A program made the translations under genes and the position numbers. From IMG/VR virus record IMGVR_UViG_3300031867_000452, positions 1 through 27,783 of that record: a DNA stretch of 27,783 bases. The stretch is one strand, 5' to 3'. Within the stretch, counting starts at the first letter, position 1. The number at the start of each line of letters is the position of its first letter. This DNA is from a virus. Positions 25,554 to 27,783 of this stretch are shown here, one piece after another. The notes beneath the pieces are model-generated. The model was not told where the DNA came from and made no database searches. It saw nothing but the letters and a program-made list of their open reading frames with translations.

Positions 25554-25615
25554 AAAAAATAAGCAAAAAAAAAGGAGTAATAAAAAAAAGTAAAAATAGT
25601 AATAAAAAAAAAGTA
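25554..25615 (-). terminator. Multiple oligo-T terminator ending the accessory operon
   Basis: Several T-runs of about 5-9 nt on the minus strand just after the stop at 25630. Confidence 0.65.
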
Positions 25616-25629
25616 ATGGGATATATTTT

Positions 25630-25773
25630 TCACAATCCTATGGGATAGAATTTTGAGTAGAACAATTCCTTGTACTCCTCCAAGGACATGTGTTCCTTGT
25701 CCTCTTCAGATAAGGCTTCATATCTGGCTTCAAGCATCTTGTCAAAGGTTTTCCTCAAAACATCACTCATCAT
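25630..25773 (-). CDS. Small hypothetical protein (47 aa, MMSDVLRKTFDKML...)
   Basis: GGTGA SD, ATG; not in the ORF track. Confidence 0.65.
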   Translation of the reverse strand: MMSDVLRKTFDKMLEARYEALSEEDKEHMSLEEYKELFYSKFYPIGL

Positions 25774-25776
25774 TAA

Positions 25777-25995
25777 TCACCTACAATTAAACCTATCTAA
25801 TCTCATACCACATTCCCTTAATCTTTCCTTTAATATTGCTTTATCCTTTTCTAACTGTTCGATGGTGGTTTGTTGCTCATTCAACAAATTTTCCACTTCC
25901 TTATTAGTCAGTCTCCTTGGATATGGGTGGTCTAAATCCTCAAAGATTGCTTCATTCCCTTTTTCATATGCAAGTTTAAATCGTTTCTCACGCAT
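25777..25995 (-). CDS. Hypothetical coiled-coil protein (MREKRF...LLNEQ type)
   Basis: GGTGA SD before ATG 25995. Confidence 0.65.
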   Translation of the reverse strand: MREKRFKLAYEKGNEAIFEDLDHPYPRRLTNKEVENLLNEQQTTIEQLEKDKAILKERLRECGMRLDRFNCR

Positions 25996-26004
25996 AGTAA
26001 TCAC

Positions 26005-26328
26005 CTAATAGTAATGTTTGATTTTCAACCTTTTAAGCTCTTTCCTTACAGCCATGTACTCATCATCAAAACTTTCCCTCCGATTCTGTGAAAGAAAACC
26101 GGTGCCGATATACTGGGATTCATTGCTGCAAAGCACACCATCATTGATGCTTTTCCTACGCTTCCTCTGATAGATTGCTTTCTGCTCCCTTAATGCATGT
26201 GCCCTGCATTCATCACTACAGTACTTGACTGTCTTGTAATGTCGGATGAATGTTTTACCACACCAGGCACATTTGACCTGATGCGGGTAAACCTTTTCAC
26301 CATCTAATGTTGTTTGAACAGTAGTCAT
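26005..26328 (-). CDS. Zinc-finger protein (CxxC...YCSxxC), putative nucleic-acid binder (107 aa)
   Basis: CAWCGKTF...KYCSDECR followed by a basic helix; start at 26328 because the upstream region is occupied by another ORF. Confidence 0.65.
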   Translation of the reverse strand: MTTVQTTLDGEKVYPHQVKCAWCGKTFIRHYKTVKYCSDECRAHALREQKAIYQRKRRKSINDGVLCSNESQYIGTGFLSQNRRESFDDEYMAVRKELKRLKIKHYY

Positions 26329-26335
26329 AATCTTT

Positions 26336-26482
26336 TTATCTTTTGTAAATGTATAATGGACATTCAACTGGATCTTCAAGAGTGAATTGTTCCTGGCCTT
26401 TCTTGCACCTCTGCATAAGTATTGAGTCAGGTTCATAACCATAACTTACAAAGCAGTGTTTGCAGTTGATGCAATCATTCAT
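26336..26482 (-). CDS. Small CxxCxxC protein (48 aa)
   Basis: MNDCINCKHCFVSYGYEPDSILMQRCKKGQEQFTLEDPVECPLYIYKR; ATGA-coupled to the upstream stop; not in the track. Confidence 0.65.
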   Translation of the reverse strand: MNDCINCKHCFVSYGYEPDSILMQRCKKGQEQFTLEDPVECPLYIYKR

Positions 26483-26730
26483 AGCAGCATCTCCAGATTC
26501 TTTAATTCTGTAGTGTATGAATCTTTGACTCTTAAGAGTGTGCTCAGTTTTTGGAGGTTGCTTTTTGAGAGTACATTGGTTTTTTGTATCTCACTATCTA
26601 TATTGGTGAGACTCATTTTCAATTCAAATATCCTTTGATGTAGATTATTCATTGAAGGGTCAAGATTATCCACTTTTTCCAATCCTTCCTTCATTTCCTT
26701 TATCCTACTTTTGAGTATAGGTATACTCAT
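26479..26730 (-). CDS. Hypothetical coiled-coil protein
   Basis: GGAGGG SD before ATG 26730. Confidence 0.65.
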   Translation of the reverse strand: MSIPILKSRIKEMKEGLEKVDNLDPSMNNLHQRIFELKMSLTNIDSEIQKTNVLSKSNLQKLSTLLRVKDSYTTELKNLEMLL

Positions 26731-26882
26731 AGTTTTTCCCTCCAACTGCTGCATTCAGTCACACCATTTGGATTGAATACTTCCTTGTCTGTGATTCCAT
26801 GATCACAGACAAAGAAATCTTCAGCTATAGGGTAACAGTATTGGCAATCCAGGCACCTGTTTTTAGTTATAATCTCAATCAT
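26727..26882 (-). CDS. Small CxxCxxC protein (51 aa)
   Basis: MIEIITKNRCLDCQYCYPIAEDFFVCDHGITDKEVFNPNGVTECSSWREKL; overlaps both neighbours; not in the track. Confidence 0.65.
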   Translation of the reverse strand: MIEIITKNRCLDCQYCYPIAEDFFVCDHGITDKEVFNPNGVTECSSWREKL

Positions 26883-27153
26883 CATCTAACGCCTTCCTTA
26901 TGGTTTCAAATTGTTCATCGGTTAAGAATTTTAGACAATCTTTTTTGATTATGCTTATCTGCTCTTCTCTTCGTTCGATGCTTCTTTCATGTTGTCTGAT
27001 TTTCCTATCTTTCTTATTCAACAAGTCAACAACATCATCTTCCAAGATTTGACATTTACTACCATCATTACATTCCCAAAACATTCCATACTCATATAAA
27101 TACTTCTTTTCACATTCTAACTCTTCTCTTGGAGTTTTTGCAACATCACTCAT
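26875..27153 (-). CDS. Hypothetical protein
   Basis: Overlapping start and stop with neighbours; VVDLLNKK..KI motif. Confidence 0.6.
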   Translation of the reverse strand: MSDVAKTPREELECEKKYLYEYGMFWECNDGSKCQILEDDVVDLLNKKDRKIRQHERSIERREEQISIIKKDCLKFLTDEQFETIRKALDDD

Positions 27154-27385
27154 CAAACCACATCTCCCTAATGCTTGGCGGAATTTTTTCTAAATCTTCC
27201 CTCAATTCGATTATCTTCTTTCTTAATAGTTTGATTTCGTTATTTTGTCTTTCGTGTTCATCATTCATCAATCGTATTAAACCGAAAAACTTGTAAATAT
27301 TATCATAAACTTTACCAGTTTCAACATCAGTTACAATAATCTCACCAACCGTATTAGTGCTTACAACAAATCGTTCATCACTCAT
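27146..27385 (-). CDS. Hypothetical protein (MSDERF...)
   Basis: AGGTGA SD before ATG 27385. Confidence 0.65.
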   Translation of the reverse strand: MSDERFVVSTNTVGEIIVTDVETGKVYDNIYKFFGLIRLMNDEHERQNNEIKLLRKKIIELREDLEKIPPSIREMWFDE

Positions 27386-27620
27386 AGTCTTCACCTTTAA
27401 TAGAAAAAAGCAAATGCAAATCTCCACCATGCACACTTAATTCAACATCAATATTTTCCATAATGTCAATTAACATCAAACCACTTAACACTGTACAAAC
27501 ATCACTAAAATTACCTCTCGGCAAATGAGTACCAGCAACCGATTGTTTATCTGCTCTCCGATAACAATCCAAAACATTTGTATGGATTTGTTTAAACATC
27601 AAAACATTATCACTCATCAT
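27378..27620 (-). CDS. Hypothetical protein (MMSDNVL...)
   Basis: AGGAG SD before ATG 27620. Confidence 0.6.
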   Translation of the reverse strand: MMSDNVLMFKQIHTNVLDCYRRADKQSVAGTHLPRGNFSDVCTVLSGLMLIDIMENIDVELSVHGGDLHLLFSIKGEDYE

Positions 27621-27756
27621 CTGACTCCTTTTCTGCCAAATACTTATCAATTACTTCTTTTATCTCATCATAGTCTCCATAGTAAATGACTTCATAAAGA
27701 AGCCCTTGACTACCTAACCACTTGCAAAAATCAAATATTAATTGTTTCTCACTCAT
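27610..27756 (-). CDS. Small hypothetical protein (48 aa, MSEKQLIFDFCKWL...)
   Basis: GGTGATGA SD, ATG; not in the track. Confidence 0.6.
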   Translation of the reverse strand: MSEKQLIFDFCKWLGSQGLLYEVIYYGDYDEIKEVIDKYLAEKESDDE

Positions 27757-27783
27757 CAATCATCACCACTACCTTTTTGCCAT

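Noticed and set aside
25554-25615. Repeated agtaataaaaaaaagtaa as a CRISPR-like or iteron repeat
   Set aside because: Two low-complexity copies without spacers; better explained as an oligo-T terminator on the minus strand.
561-26638. The many plus-strand ORFs in the track other than 4158-4460
   Set aside because: They are antisense shadows of well-supported minus-strand genes, lack SDs and have non-protein-like composition.
1-27783. Integrase, att sites, introns/inteins or stop-codon reassignment
   Set aside because: No recombinase or flanking host genes seen, so virus versus provirus is undecided; terminase, portal and capsid are of normal length and uninterrupted in the standard code.

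Overview
Late (structural and lysis) region plus the end of an early/accessory region of a head-tailed, contractile-tail (myovirus-like) virus or provirus of a pseudomurein-walled methanogen (Methanobacteriales, probably Methanobrevibacter-like). The host call rests on an endolysin with pseudomurein-binding-type repeats, GGTGA/GGAGG ribosome-binding sites and oligo-T terminators. Nearly all real genes are on the minus strand. Read right to left they are: small accessory genes, a stand-alone TFIIB-type Zn-ribbon, a regulatory gap, holin-like and XhlA-like genes, terminase, portal, head, tail and baseplate genes, three fibre/adhesin genes, endolysin and a second holin-like gene. The main discovery is an apparently invertible 595-bp cassette (4184-4778). 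It is bounded by 15-bp inverted repeats inside the tail-fibre reading frame and holds two tail-to-tail alternative C-terminal domains, with no recognisable recombinase in the window. Other notable signals are two candidate +1 frameshifts (capsid to Ig-like domain; tail chaperone), three to four late genes that seem to start at ATA/ATT/ATC, two tandem transglutaminase-like tail-tip proteins, and several small ORFs missed by the ORF track. Protein calls come from motif recognition and gene order only; no database search was run.
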